64,000 nucleotides of DNA from positions 49,010,054 through 49,074,053 of the forward strand of contig NC_068983.1 in NCBI RefSeq assembly GCF_001194135.2. The letters are read 5' to 3'. This document shows positions 53,385-64,000 of this stretch, piece by piece. Under the pieces are notes generated by a model. It ran no database searches. It was given only the letters and a program-made list of their open reading frames with translations, and was not told the origin of the DNA. Every line of letters starts with the position of its first letter. Within the stretch, counting starts at the first letter, position 1. Made by a program: the position numbers and the translations under genes. Origin of the DNA: Octopus bimaculoides. Lineage: Eukaryota.

Positions 53385-53935
53385 CTGGCAGAATATTTTA
53401 TCATCCTGGGAGAAATACTTAGCGGCATTTCGCCCGCCTCTACGATCTGAGTTCAATTCCCACCGGCGTCGAATTTGATATAACCATTAGTTGAACACAT
53501 GGTTCTTTTTTCTATATGGTTACTTTTGTATAAAAATAAGAAGGAATTATTTATCAGTGGTTGAACCACTGACATTAATTCGCCATCGTGTAACTGGCAA
53601 TATTTTAATATTCATTTAAAGCAAGGCGGAAAGCAGACAGAATCGGTAACACGCTGGAATGGTTTGCGGCATTTCGACCATCTTTACATTGTGAGATCAA
53701 ATCCTACCGGCGTTGACTTATGTAAAATAACCATTAGTCGAACACAAGGTCCCTTTTTCTATATGGTTACTTTTGTGAAAAATAAGGAATTATTTATAAG
53801 TGGATGTACCACTGACATTAATTCACCGTCGTGTAAATGACAATATTTTAATATTCATTTAGAGCAAGGCAAGGAATTATATATTAATGGATGTACCACT
53901 GGCAATATTTTAATATTTTGATATTCATCTAGAGC
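53385..53935 (+). repeat. About 245-bp tandem duplication (about 2.5 copies) including a SINE head
   Basis: taaccattagt(t/c)gaacac...tttctatatggttacttttgt...caatattttaatattcattta repeated. Confidence 0.85.
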
Positions 53936-54130
53936 AAGGTGGCAAGCAGACAAAATTCGGTAGCACACTGCATAAAATGTTTTGTGGTATTCCGTCCGTC
54001 TTTACGTCGTGAGGTCAAATTCAACCGAGGCCAACTTTGCCTTTCCTACCAGTTGAACACTGAGCTCGAAGTAATCAATTTGGCCCCTCCACCCAACATA
54101 CTACTCTTGTGCCAACATTTCAAACCAATA
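53935..54130 (+). mobile_element. OK-like SINE, degraded
   Basis: gtcaaattcaaccgaggccaactttgccttt...cttgtgccaacatttcaaacc. Confidence 0.65.
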
Positions 54131-54150
54131 TTACATGTGTAATTTCCGTA

Positions 54151-54745
54151 GAAAAACATTTGGATCTTTTTTAAAACGGGGGCCACATTTTTCATTAACG
54201 AAACACTTTGAAACTTGGAACACTGGTAGAAAGTGTCATATAAAACATCTTTTTCTCTTCGTCTTCTTAAAAAAAAAGAAATCCATAAATTATTCCATGT
54301 TAAAGTTGTCGTATTTCTGTAATTTCAACCAATCACTGACGTCCATTCAGCCGATATACATTAAGTGCCGACTTCATAAACAAACGATTCTGAAACAATT
54401 AACCCTAACCCTAACCCTAACCCTAGGGTTAGGGTTAGGGTTAAAGCAAATTTAAAATGAAAAAAGCAAATAAAACGAAGGTATGGAGATTAAATACGCT
54501 TTACATCGCTTAATCAGCCAAAGGAGTAAATCTAAACAACTGAATACTTGTCAGTGATTGGTTGAAATTATCGAAATAAGACAATTTTTTACATGAAATA
54601 AATTCGAATACAAAAATATTTTTCTGTTCTATAACACAAAATAGATAAGTATACGAAGTTTGAAAGTCTTTCGGTACCAAAAACACTACGTAAAACATTA
54701 ATGAAAAATGTGGCCCCCGTTTTAAAAAAGATCCAAATATTTTTC
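54151..54745. mobile_element. Non-autonomous DNA transposon (MITE) with about 50-bp TIRs and central telomeric palindrome
   Basis: 54151-54200 inverted against 54696-54745; inner inverted repeat tttcaaccaatcactgac/gtcagtgattggttgaaa; (AACCCT)4(AGGGTT)3 centre. Confidence 0.85.
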
Positions 54746-55084
54746 GTAATCAGTTATATGTTAAACGTGTATTCCTATTGAACGAAATTGACATACCGGT
54801 AGCACATAGATGAATATCGGTTTGTATTCGGATGAGTGTTCTCTATTGGTAAATGGTTCGGTACACTTGGACAGCGAGGTTAATTATATCTTTGTTAAAT
54901 GTCCGTTTTTAGATTAATAAACAATTTATTAACCTTCTGTGTTGATACTTCTGTTTCTTGGTAAAGAATGCAGTAGTGAATTAATTTCTCTATATACTTT
55001 ATCATTTTCTTTCAGTTTCACTATTTAAGACAATGATAATATTCTTAGTTAATGGATTGATACCTTGTGTTAATGATTCGATTT

Positions 55085-55280
55085 GATGATTTCGAAGTTT
55101 GGCACAAGGTCAGCAAATTTGGGCAAGATGCCAAGTGTTTTCCATTGACTCCAGGGTTAAACTGAAACTTATTGTGTGGATCTCTAAGTGATGAAGGGCA
55201 AATTCGTCTCCGACAGCATTTGAACTCAGAACATAAAGACGGGCAAAATGCTGCTAAGCATTCTGTCCGGCGTAGATTCA
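55085..55280 (-). mobile_element. OK-like SINE, degraded
   Basis: ttggcacaagg...atttgaactcagaac...aaatgctgctaagcatt. Confidence 0.65.
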
Positions 55281-55340
55281 ATATATTATATTAAACTGAA
55301 AGACATTGAAGTTTTTATGGTTAGAATATACTTCAAGATA

Positions 55341-55580
55341 GGGCAGCGAGCTGGCAAGATCATCAGCACGCCGGGCGAAATGCCTAGTGGTAGTTCGTCT
55401 GCCGCTACATTCTGAGTTCAAATTCCATCAAGGTCAACTTGGCCTTTCATCCTTTCTGGGTCGATTAAATAAGTACCAGTTACGCACTGGGTCGCTGTAA
55501 TCGGCTTAAGTCTTTGTCTGTCCTTGTTTGCCCCCCACCCCCACCCCCAGGTTTAGCCCCGTGAGCAATAAAGAAATAAA
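55341..55580 (+). mobile_element. OK-like SINE ending in the spacer-type tail, with probable 16-bp TSD
   Basis: aatatacttc(a/g)ag(a/t)ta at 55325-55340 and 55579-55594. Confidence 0.85.
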
Positions 55581-56764
55581 TATACTTCGAGTTATTTAGA
55601 AATAAATGTAATTTAATAAAGTTTCAATTATTTATTTTGTTAAAATTTACAAAAATTGCTTTTTGGTTTCAAATCAATGCAGCAGTTTAGTTGTCCCTAT
55701 TTATTTACCGGCACTGCATGATCAATGGAAAATAACTCCAAAACTACGTTGTGCGCCGAGAGGAAATTCGGAAGCCAACATTAGTTGTGACAATAAACTG
55801 CAATGCGATGAGAGGAACTCAATGCATATCAAACAACCGTAGATCGTTCTGACATAACTACACGACAATAAACCTAGTATTTTAAGAAAATTCATGATTA
55901 TGTGAACACAAATGAGTTCCAAGCCATCTTTATTGACATTTTAATTTTTTTAATGAACACAACCATAAAACTGGGCAAGAAATCTAGAAAGTTCTTTCTG
56001 CTCAACTTCTCAATCGAAATAATGTATGTACAGTCGAACGTTATGGTTTGTTAAAGAAACAGTCCATTCATCAACCAGGTTGAAAACAATACACCGGCAC
56101 CTTGCAGATTGAATGGATGTAGCGTCAAGTATGAACCTTGTGAAGTCTGTTCAGAGATATGAAATGGTGAACATTGTTATCTACTGTAGCCTGGGTTACT
56201 AAAAATTTACTAGCCACCAGCAAACTTAACAACCTAGAGACTCGAATGGTCCTAATGATCCCCGTATTTCGCATCAACAAACTCAAAGCATTTTATTTTT
56301 CACTCAAAAATAGATTAAAATTTCCTATATAGTCCGCATTTATAATGCTGAAAAATAAGAGACAAGGATAACATATAGAGGTGTGGATTGTATATTCTAG
56401 CTCTTGTGTTCCTACACGGATAATTATATTTTGCTTTTAGCAGAAAGAGTGGTCCGGCAAACCTAGGAATAGTTTCAGATTAAAAAGAATTCTCGAATGC
56501 AGTCATAATAGACACATCATAGGGATGAAAACAGAAAATTGGGTAGAAAGGTTGCTTATGAAGAAAATATATGTAGAAGAAGAAATTGTTGAATATATAG
56601 AGTATTCAGAAACTCAAAAAATATATTTACAAAATAAACGCTTTCAGCTAAACAATGTGAAAACATTATTTATTAATCCTGTCCTGAGAAATTTAATCAT
56701 AGCCATATTATAAAAAAAAATAGTAGAACAATTAATAAAAACTATCAACTTTATTTCGGATTTT

Positions 56765-57568
56765 GTGAGACTCCATCGGTTGCGACGACGTGGGTTGCAG
56801 TTGATCCACTCAACGGAACAGCCTGCTCGTGAAATCATTTTCTGGGAGGTGGAGGCGGTCGATTAACTCGACCCCAATAAGCAGCTGGTACTTAATTTTA
56901 TCGACCCCGAAAGGATGAAAGGCAAAGTGGACGTCGTCGGAATGTGAAATTAGAGCGTAAAGACAGACAAAATACCACTACACATTTTGCCCGGCGTGCT
57001 AAAGTTTCTTATTTCTTTATTGCCCACACGGGGCTAAACATAAAGGGGACAAACGAGGACAGACAGAGGGATTAAGTCGATTACATCGACTCCAGTGTAT
57101 AACTGGTACTTATTTAATCGACCTCGAAAGGTTGAAAGGCTAAGTCGACCTCGGCGGAATTTGAACTCGGAAGGAAGCGGCAGACGAAATACTGCTAAGC
57201 ATTTCGTCCGGCGTGCTAACGGTTCTGCCATCTCGCCCCCTTAGCCTGCTCGTGAAATTAATGTGCAAATGCTGAGCACTCTAGAGAGACATGTACCCTT
57301 AACGTAGTTCTCGGAGAGATTCAGTTTGACACAGAGTGTGACAAGATAAGCCCCTTTGAAAAACAGGTACAATAGAAACAGGAAGAAAGAGTGAGAGAAA
57401 GTTCCGGTGAAAGAAATTAGCAGGTTCGGCCATCACCGCTGGCGGAGCCTCGGGGAGATTTAAGTGTTTTGACTTAATAAACACTCACAACCTCCGGTCT
57501 GCGAATCAAAACCGCAATCCTACACCCGCGAGTCCGCTCCCTTAACCACTGGGCCATTGCGCCTCCAC
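56765..57568 (-). mobile_element. Full-length third-family tRNA SINE interrupted by an OK-like dimer
   Basis: Minus-strand head gtggaggcgcaatggcccagtggttaagg; body matches 52898-53176. Confidence 0.8.
56836..57242 (-). mobile_element. OK-like SINE dimer with 16-bp TSD
   Basis: agcctgctcgtgaaat at 56820-56835 and 57243-57258; two tandem cores. Confidence 0.9.
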
Positions 57569-57623
57569 ATTTAGGATTTAATCATAAAAGAGTCTTTTTT
57601 AGAGTAAATCGTACTCTATCTAG

Positions 57624-57657
<34 letters not shown>

Positions 57658-57929
57658 GTTTGTTTCTATATATTTATACATGTTATATATTAGTGTGTAT
57701 TTATATGTGTGTTCTTAATGACTGACTCAAGATCTCTTCTACTTATATTACAATACGATTTAATTTTTCAAGTGCTTCTCTGTCCTCTTCCATAGTTTTT
57801 TTTCTTCATTTGTATAGATGCTTGAATGGTACTTCAGCATGGCTTCTCTGAGAGAGATATCATATTGACAATGTATTTTTTCGAATCTTACTTTAAAATT
57901 TTGAACTAATACTTGAAAGTCGATTCCAA

Positions 57930-58960
57930 CACATTCTATATTCCTTTGTTTAATCTTAGTGTATGTGCGGATGTTATTCATGAAAGTATTCTTTCAAACG
58001 GATGTATTGTGTGATGACATCCATACACTACCGCTGCATATTCGCTCAAATCTTGAATCTTACAATCAAAACACACTAACAGCAATTTATCTGTTGCTGC
58101 TTCACACCAGATTCCAACCAGTCAAGTTTCTTTCTCCAATTTTTAGTGTAAGTATTCAGGGCATTTATTTTTTAATACCTTGCAAGGTGTTCATTATATC
58201 TTGGTACAAGTGTCAAGATTTTCTGGCACGAATCCACAGCAATAGGAGTCACCGATCTTGTACAGAATGTAGCCGTGCTTTTTGAAATTTCTTTTGATAG
58301 AAGTTTACTGCTTAACAAGGTACAGAGTCGTATCCAAATCTATATATTTTATGAGGCACGTTGTAATTCAACACCTAAATTTATTTCCCGATTCACATAT
58401 TGAGAATGTAAACTTCTTTTAGGCATAGCCAATGCAAAACTTCATACTTAATCTAAGATTCTACATGGATCCGCTATTTCCTTTTGGAACAGTAAAGTAT
58501 TTACTCATCGCAGATCTTATAAATTTTAAATAAAGTTTATTAGTTCCATTGGAGTACATAGCATGCAGATGCATTGCATAATACTTGTCGCAACAAGAAA
58601 ACGCTGTTTGAAAATGCAGTTTGAATGCATCCCACCGGTTTAGAATTTCTATTTAGACAGCTGCGTCTCGATAACAACCTTGTAGCTGAAAGTCAAATCA
58701 TTTTCAATGGTTCCTTGCTATACTTGATTAATTTATATATCTCCAGGTAATGTTCTCTACATAAAATTGATCGGCGGTGCCAGTTGTAAGTTCCTCTTAA
58801 AAGTTAGTCAATATTAGAACGTAATTCTTTAGAATCACAAGAACATGCCAAATGAAGAACTTGGCGAATGCTTTTTACGAGAATCAAGTCTGGCTTATCT
58901 AATTTCATTAACGTCTAAAAGGAATTATTAACGCAGCAAAGGTTTGAAGATCCATTTGTT
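57930..58960 (+). pseudogene. Probable decayed leucine-rich-repeat protein coding sequence
   Basis: LRLDNNLV (58661) and LYIS-GNVL (58733) start 72 nt (24 aa) apart, with a 1-nt frameshift in the second; then LERNSL; NAF motifs; possible N-cap LCDDIHTLPLHIRSNLESYNQNTLTAI; many stops. Confidence 0.45.
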
Positions 58961-58994
58961 CAATAGCAAAGGCGTTTTCAATATTGATTTCCTG

Positions 58995-59100
58995 ACATGG
59001 TTATTCAGTTAAGAAGCTAGTTTTGCAACCAGATAATTTCGGGTTCAATTCTATTGGGCGGCACCTTAAGAGATTCTCTTCTAGTATAGCCCCGGGTTTA
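58995..59100 (+). mobile_element. Degraded CORE-type SINE head
   Basis: gggttcaattct...ggcacctt...cttctagtatagccccggg. Confidence 0.5.
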
Positions 59101-59149
59101 GGAATAATTCATGGGCGATTTTTCAAATTTCTTTTAAGCACAAGAACTA

Positions 59150-59615
59150 CAAGTTAATATCAATAATATACTCTCCGTTGTTGTTTACGATTTCCCCCTA
59201 TCGTTCAATAAGATTTTAGATTCCAACGCAATAGAAGTCTCTCGGTCTTGACTCAAAGAATTCACCCAACCAAGCCCTCATTTACACGTAATTATTGAAC
59301 GATACACCATGCAAAGCGTTCGAGAGCGGTCCTAAGAGGTGAAAATCTGACGACGCCAAGTCTGGAGAGTATGCAGGATGAGGCAGCACTTTCGATTTGA
59401 CTTCATAAATTGCAGCTCTGGTCATATTATTTGAGAATGGGTGTTGATGTGTTCCAGAAGAACGCCATTTCGCCTATTTGGCCTTTTTTGCTGAGTTGCT
59501 TCGTTGAGTCGGTGCAGTTGATAAACGTGGAGCTTTGTATTGAGTGCTTGGTTGCGCTCAAGTAGTTTGTAATGAGTGATGCTTTCCCAGTCCCACAACA
59601 TGATCTTTTCGCTGC
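59150..59615 (-). mobile_element. Mariner transposase C-terminal fragment
   Basis: WDWESI.HYKLLERNQAL, VLPHPAYSPDLASSDFHL, EIVNNNGEYIID. Confidence 0.88.
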
Positions 59616-59628
59616 TTCGTATTGAGCA

Positions 59629-60176
59629 GCGAAATGCTTAGCGGTATTTCGTCTGCCGCTACGTTCTGTGTTCAATTTCCGCCGAGGTCGACTTTGCCTT
59701 TCATCCTTTCGGGGTAGATAAATCAAGTACCAGTTACGCATTGGGGTCGATGTAATCGACTTAATCCTTTTGTCTGTCCTTGTTTGTCCCCTCTATGTTT
59801 AGCCCCTTGTGGGCAATAAAAAGTTAGCACGCCGGGCGAAATGCTTAGCGGCATTTTGTCTGTCTTTACGTTCAGAGTTCAAATTCTATCGAGGTCGAAT
59901 TTGCCTTTCAATCTTTCGGGATCGATAAATTAAGTACCAGTTACGCACTTGGGTCGATATAATCGACTTAGTACCTTTGTCTGTCCCTTCTATGTTAAGC
60001 CCCTAGCAGCATTTCGTATGTCTTTACGTTCCTGAATTCAAATTCTATCGAGGTCGACTTTGTCTTTCATACTTTCGAGGTCGATAAATTAAGTACCAGT
60101 TGCGTACTGGATCGATCTAATCGAATGGCCCCCCTCCCTCCAAATTTCGTCTCTTGTGCCTAGAATAGAAAAGGAT
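59629..60176 (+). mobile_element. Tandem trimer of the OK-like SINE unit
   Basis: Units start at about 59629, 59823 and 60004; only the last has the terminal tail. Confidence 0.9.
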
Positions 60177-60404
60177 GTTCTAATTCACATAGATGCTATT
60201 GTTTGTATGTTTTGTTTCTGGTGTGGACCGAGCAATTCGTTGTAGTCTTCAGCTAAATAGTTCGTTGTTCCAGTCCACTCGGCTGTAAATGCGTTACCGC
60301 GAATGAAGGTGAAGGTTTTTGATCTCGGCAAATTATAAGCCATAGAAAACGGGCCAACCCTCCCTATATGTTTTAGAACTTGGGACAGTAATGTGCAGGG
60401 ATTC

Positions 60405-60620
60405 ATGATGATGATGATGACGATGATGACGATGATGGTGATGATGATGATAATGTGGTGATGATAATAATGATGGTGACGATATGAAAGTGATTCTACT
60501 GCTGCTGCTGATGATGATAATGATGATAATGACGACGACAATGATGATGATGATGATGACGACGACGACGACGACGACGACGACGATATTGATGATGGTA
60601 TTGGTGATAATGATGATGAT
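60405..60620. repeat. (GAT/GAC)n tract
   Basis: Direct reading. Confidence 0.9.
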
Positions 60621-62176
60621 TTGAATTGTGGGGTTTAATTTTATTTTGCGGTGTCCATCTTATGTTTAATTTTTGCGTGATGTTGTTAAAGTGATAATGG
60701 AAATGAGTCTGATTTGTTGGCTCTTTGGAATCTCGTCTCTCTTGTGTGTGCGCGGGAGGTGGGGGTATAAATTGTAGCAACTGTCAGCGGAATATTTCTT
60801 CTCGACTCCAGGATAGCCGTTTGCCATGCGCATTTCTCCTCCTTCTTTTTTGTCCCTTAATGCCGAGATAGCGAATGCGGAGCCAGATAAAAGCTGTTTG
60901 ATGAATGTATGTGAGTTATGTTGTTTCTGTTGTATTTCTCTCATTATGAAAGAGAGATAACTCCTCCGAGACTTCCTGGTTTGAAGATGGCCGTCATATT
61001 TGCTGTCATGATTGTTGTTTTTGTCTTTGTTCTTGATGTTGTTGCTGATGAGACCATTTTTATGACCATTGTTGCTACTGTTGCTGCTATGCTAATGCTG
61101 CTATTTCGATAGTTATTGCCGATGTTGCTGTTGTTATTGTTCTAGTGCTGAAGGTATACGCACAAACGGACTTTTAAATCCCCTTTTCTAACTGCAGAGA
61201 TCTGTATGATGATGATGCTGCCGCGTGTGTGACACCTATCTCTCCTGTTCTTCTCTACAACGCATATCATATCTCCATTCTCCAAATAATTGACCCTAAA
61301 AAAACATAACATATTTTCAAGGATAAAGCACACCAGCAACTCTAATCTGGTGTCGAAAAAGATCTTTCTTACAGGTTTAGCTCGAGTAAATAATTTTCAA
61401 CATGATCTTATCCATGCTTCACTAAATCCACTTTTGTGCTACTAATCCAGTCAGCCTTCTGTGATATCTGCAAACACCTTTCCTTGAATATTGTAGTCGT
61501 AACGACAGTAGGAGAATTGTTTCATTTGATATTGGCATGATTGTTGACAGAAATTCTACAGCCGCTATTTGCTGTTATATTTGTAACTACTGGCATATTC
61601 GCACTTGATTGGTTGCTGCTCAAAATGATAGTAGCGGCAAAGTATGATGTTAGCGTCGTTGTTATTAGTGTTGATACTATTGTTGTGATTGGTGTTGATG
61701 TCCGTGTTGTTGTTGTCCGCCATATTGTTCTTGGTTTTAGTTCTGTGATGATGATGGTTTGTTATTGTTAGTGCTATTCCTGTGGCCACCATAATAATCA
61801 GGTAGAACCGGAGGTGGTAGTTCTAATGTTGTTGTTTTTCTGGACTTTAGCACAATAATGGAATATTTTTTACCTAACTTAATGAAGTGGAATTACCTCC
61901 CCCACACACTCTCACCAATTTCCTCCCCTCCACTCATCTCGAGGCATCGCTTTGGAACTAGATATATATATATTTTTTAAATATTTTCCTAGATATATAA
62001 ATATAGTTGTGCAAACCCCAAGGGCTTTAAAATCTAAACAAATCAGAACACCTTTGCCCTCATACTCACTTCGAAAACAAAATGTGCAACACAATCAAAA
62101 TACAAGAACTGCCTAAAAGGGTAGTCTAATTGTTTTTTCTAACGTACGAAGATGTCAAAATTATATGGTGAACAAA

Positions 62177-62350
<174 letters not shown>

Positions 62351-62719
62351 GCTATTTTCATTAATCCTTTTTCTCTCTGTCTTCACTTTTTCTCTGTCAT
62401 ATGACTCTGTAAGTGAACAATCTGGTGTGTTTGTTTTAATGGCCTACCAATGTCATACAGTACGTTTCTCTGCCCTAGGTGTCAGGAAGACACTCGGCAA
62501 GAAATGGAAGCAGAATTGAGAGAAGATGCTTGTGAAAATATTGATAATAGCAACAATAATAATAACATGAATGATAATAATAAGAATCTTATCTTTATTT
62601 GCCACAAGAACCAAGCACAAAACAAAAGGTCAACAGAAAGGGATAGGGGGCTTAACACAAAATCACTTGTAAGCAATATAAAAACAAGAATAATTAAGAA
62701 AATATTCAGACAATAAAAT

Positions 62720-64000
62720 TCCCCAAAATGGGAGCGTTCCAGCTAGAGAGAAAGAATGAGACCCCTTACGTCATGGTCAGCCCTTAATCCAATGGCATCT
62801 CACACAGGCATCCCTCTCTTCCTCATCCCTTCATGCCAACATGCGCATGTTTAAGCTAAGCCCATTTAGACATGTCATCCTCGTCACATTACTGCCACCT
62901 TTCAAGAAAAATACTGGGTGTGGAGATGTGAAACATCTCTTCCATCTAACTCAACCCTTGATTTTCTTTTCAAGTAAAACTTGCAAAGATCGACACGAGC
63001 TTCGCCGTAAAGAAGAGCGTCTGACTTCAGTCCCTTTGAACGTTGTCCACGACACTATCGCTTTCGTCATAGCCACCAGACTGAGGAAAACTTCCAGCCC
63101 TTCTGGTCAAAAGAAAGCAGTGGAGCGATCCTCATGATGCACTCGGCCGAAAACTGGACCTGCCCTACAGCTGGTAAATAAGTCTCCACAACTTAGCAAT
63201 GGGCGGACACTGGACGAGTGCATGCCAAACATTTTCATCCCTCTACGTCCCTCTGAGAGCACCTCTATTCCTTTCGAGCTTATCTTGGATCGACAGATCC
63301 TCTGTAGCGCTGCCAGACCTGGGATTTCTGGAAATATACATAGGACCCGATTCCATGAATAATTTTCCGAAAGTCTTTTGGAAAAGACCGAAGAATTTCC
63401 TAAACTCCTCAGATATTTCCTAATATTCCTTGATTCCAAGCTATTCCCTGGGAACGTCATTGCTTTTGACCACCAGTATTCCTCCATAGAACTGCACGGT
63501 GGAACCTCCACCGACCTCATTACTCGACTCGCAGAGGGCTGTGAGCTCTTGGCGACTTTACGCTCCAAAAACTTGTCTTAGTCTGCACTTGATCCAGGAC
63601 TGCAGCGACATCAATATGAGAAGCTGGTTGACAATTGGTGACTACACCTGCTCGCTGTCAAGGAATCGCTGGAGATATTGCAGCCTCAGCGCGTGGCTGC
63701 GAATCATTAACTACGACATGCCCTTCCTCCACGCATCAGCTGCTGACAACAAATGGCCCGTCTAAATAGCTGAACTCATTCCTTCGATAGAAAGCAAAAC
63801 AGGACTCCAATTAGATGGGCAACAAAGAAGAGCAAGGGAAGAGGGTCAAGAGTCAATTTCGCCGCTAGTACGTCGGCCGTTATGACTTTCCTAAGTGCCT
63901 CTTTTAGCTGGTCACCGCCGGTTGTTGACAGTTGCTCCTGACGATTTCTGATGGATTAACTGGCCAACCCGGTCACTGAAAGCTTAACGCATCGTGAACG
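62720..64000 (-). mobile_element. Tx1/L1-clade LINE ORF2 3' fragment, probably continuing beyond the window
   Basis: DKLERNR...ENVWHALVQCPPIAKLW and EVFLSLVAMTKAIVSWT...FYLKRKI; stops and frameshifts. Confidence 0.7.

Noticed and set aside
54399-54444. Telomere-fusion scar
   Set aside because: Orientation is (CCCTAA)n then (TTAGGG)n, opposite to a fusion, and it lies inside a MITE
59629-60176. CRISPR-like repeat/spacer array
   Set aside because: Units are about 180-190-bp SINE monomers with non-unique spacers; eukaryotic context, no cas genes
60812-61374. Plus-strand splice-like segments (60812-60910; 61198-61374)
   Set aside because: All three frames contain stops

Overview
AT-rich eukaryotic, repeat-dominated genomic DNA with 10 N-gaps, most of them flanked by (TA)n. 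It is not prokaryotic: no CRISPR array, rRNA or operon is present. The SINE families and microsatellite load look like an octopus (coleoid cephalopod) draft assembly; this is inferred from recalled repeat families, not from a search. No intact protein-coding gene can be supported, and nearly all ORF-track entries are microsatellite or gap read-throughs. Content: at least four tRNA-derived SINE families; about 8 decayed R4/Dong-type RLE non-LTR fragments, most next to (TAA)n; RTE, Tx1/L1 and Hero/NeSL-like LINE fragments; decayed mariner and Tc1 elements; several MITE-like elements; and a probable decayed leucine-rich-repeat pseudogene at about 57.9-59.0 kb. The most interesting structure is 51366-51910: a head-to-head inverted pair of a tRNA-Ser-like-headed element inside a single 14-bp direct repeat (probable target-site duplication, TSD). 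Each arm carries a minimal hammerhead-ribozyme motif of the Penelope/retrozyme type. Also notable are multimeric SINE arrays (a dimer inside a 16-bp TSD and a trimer), a MITE with a central telomeric palindrome, and an RT-deleted R4/Dong element. Boundaries of decayed elements are approximate.
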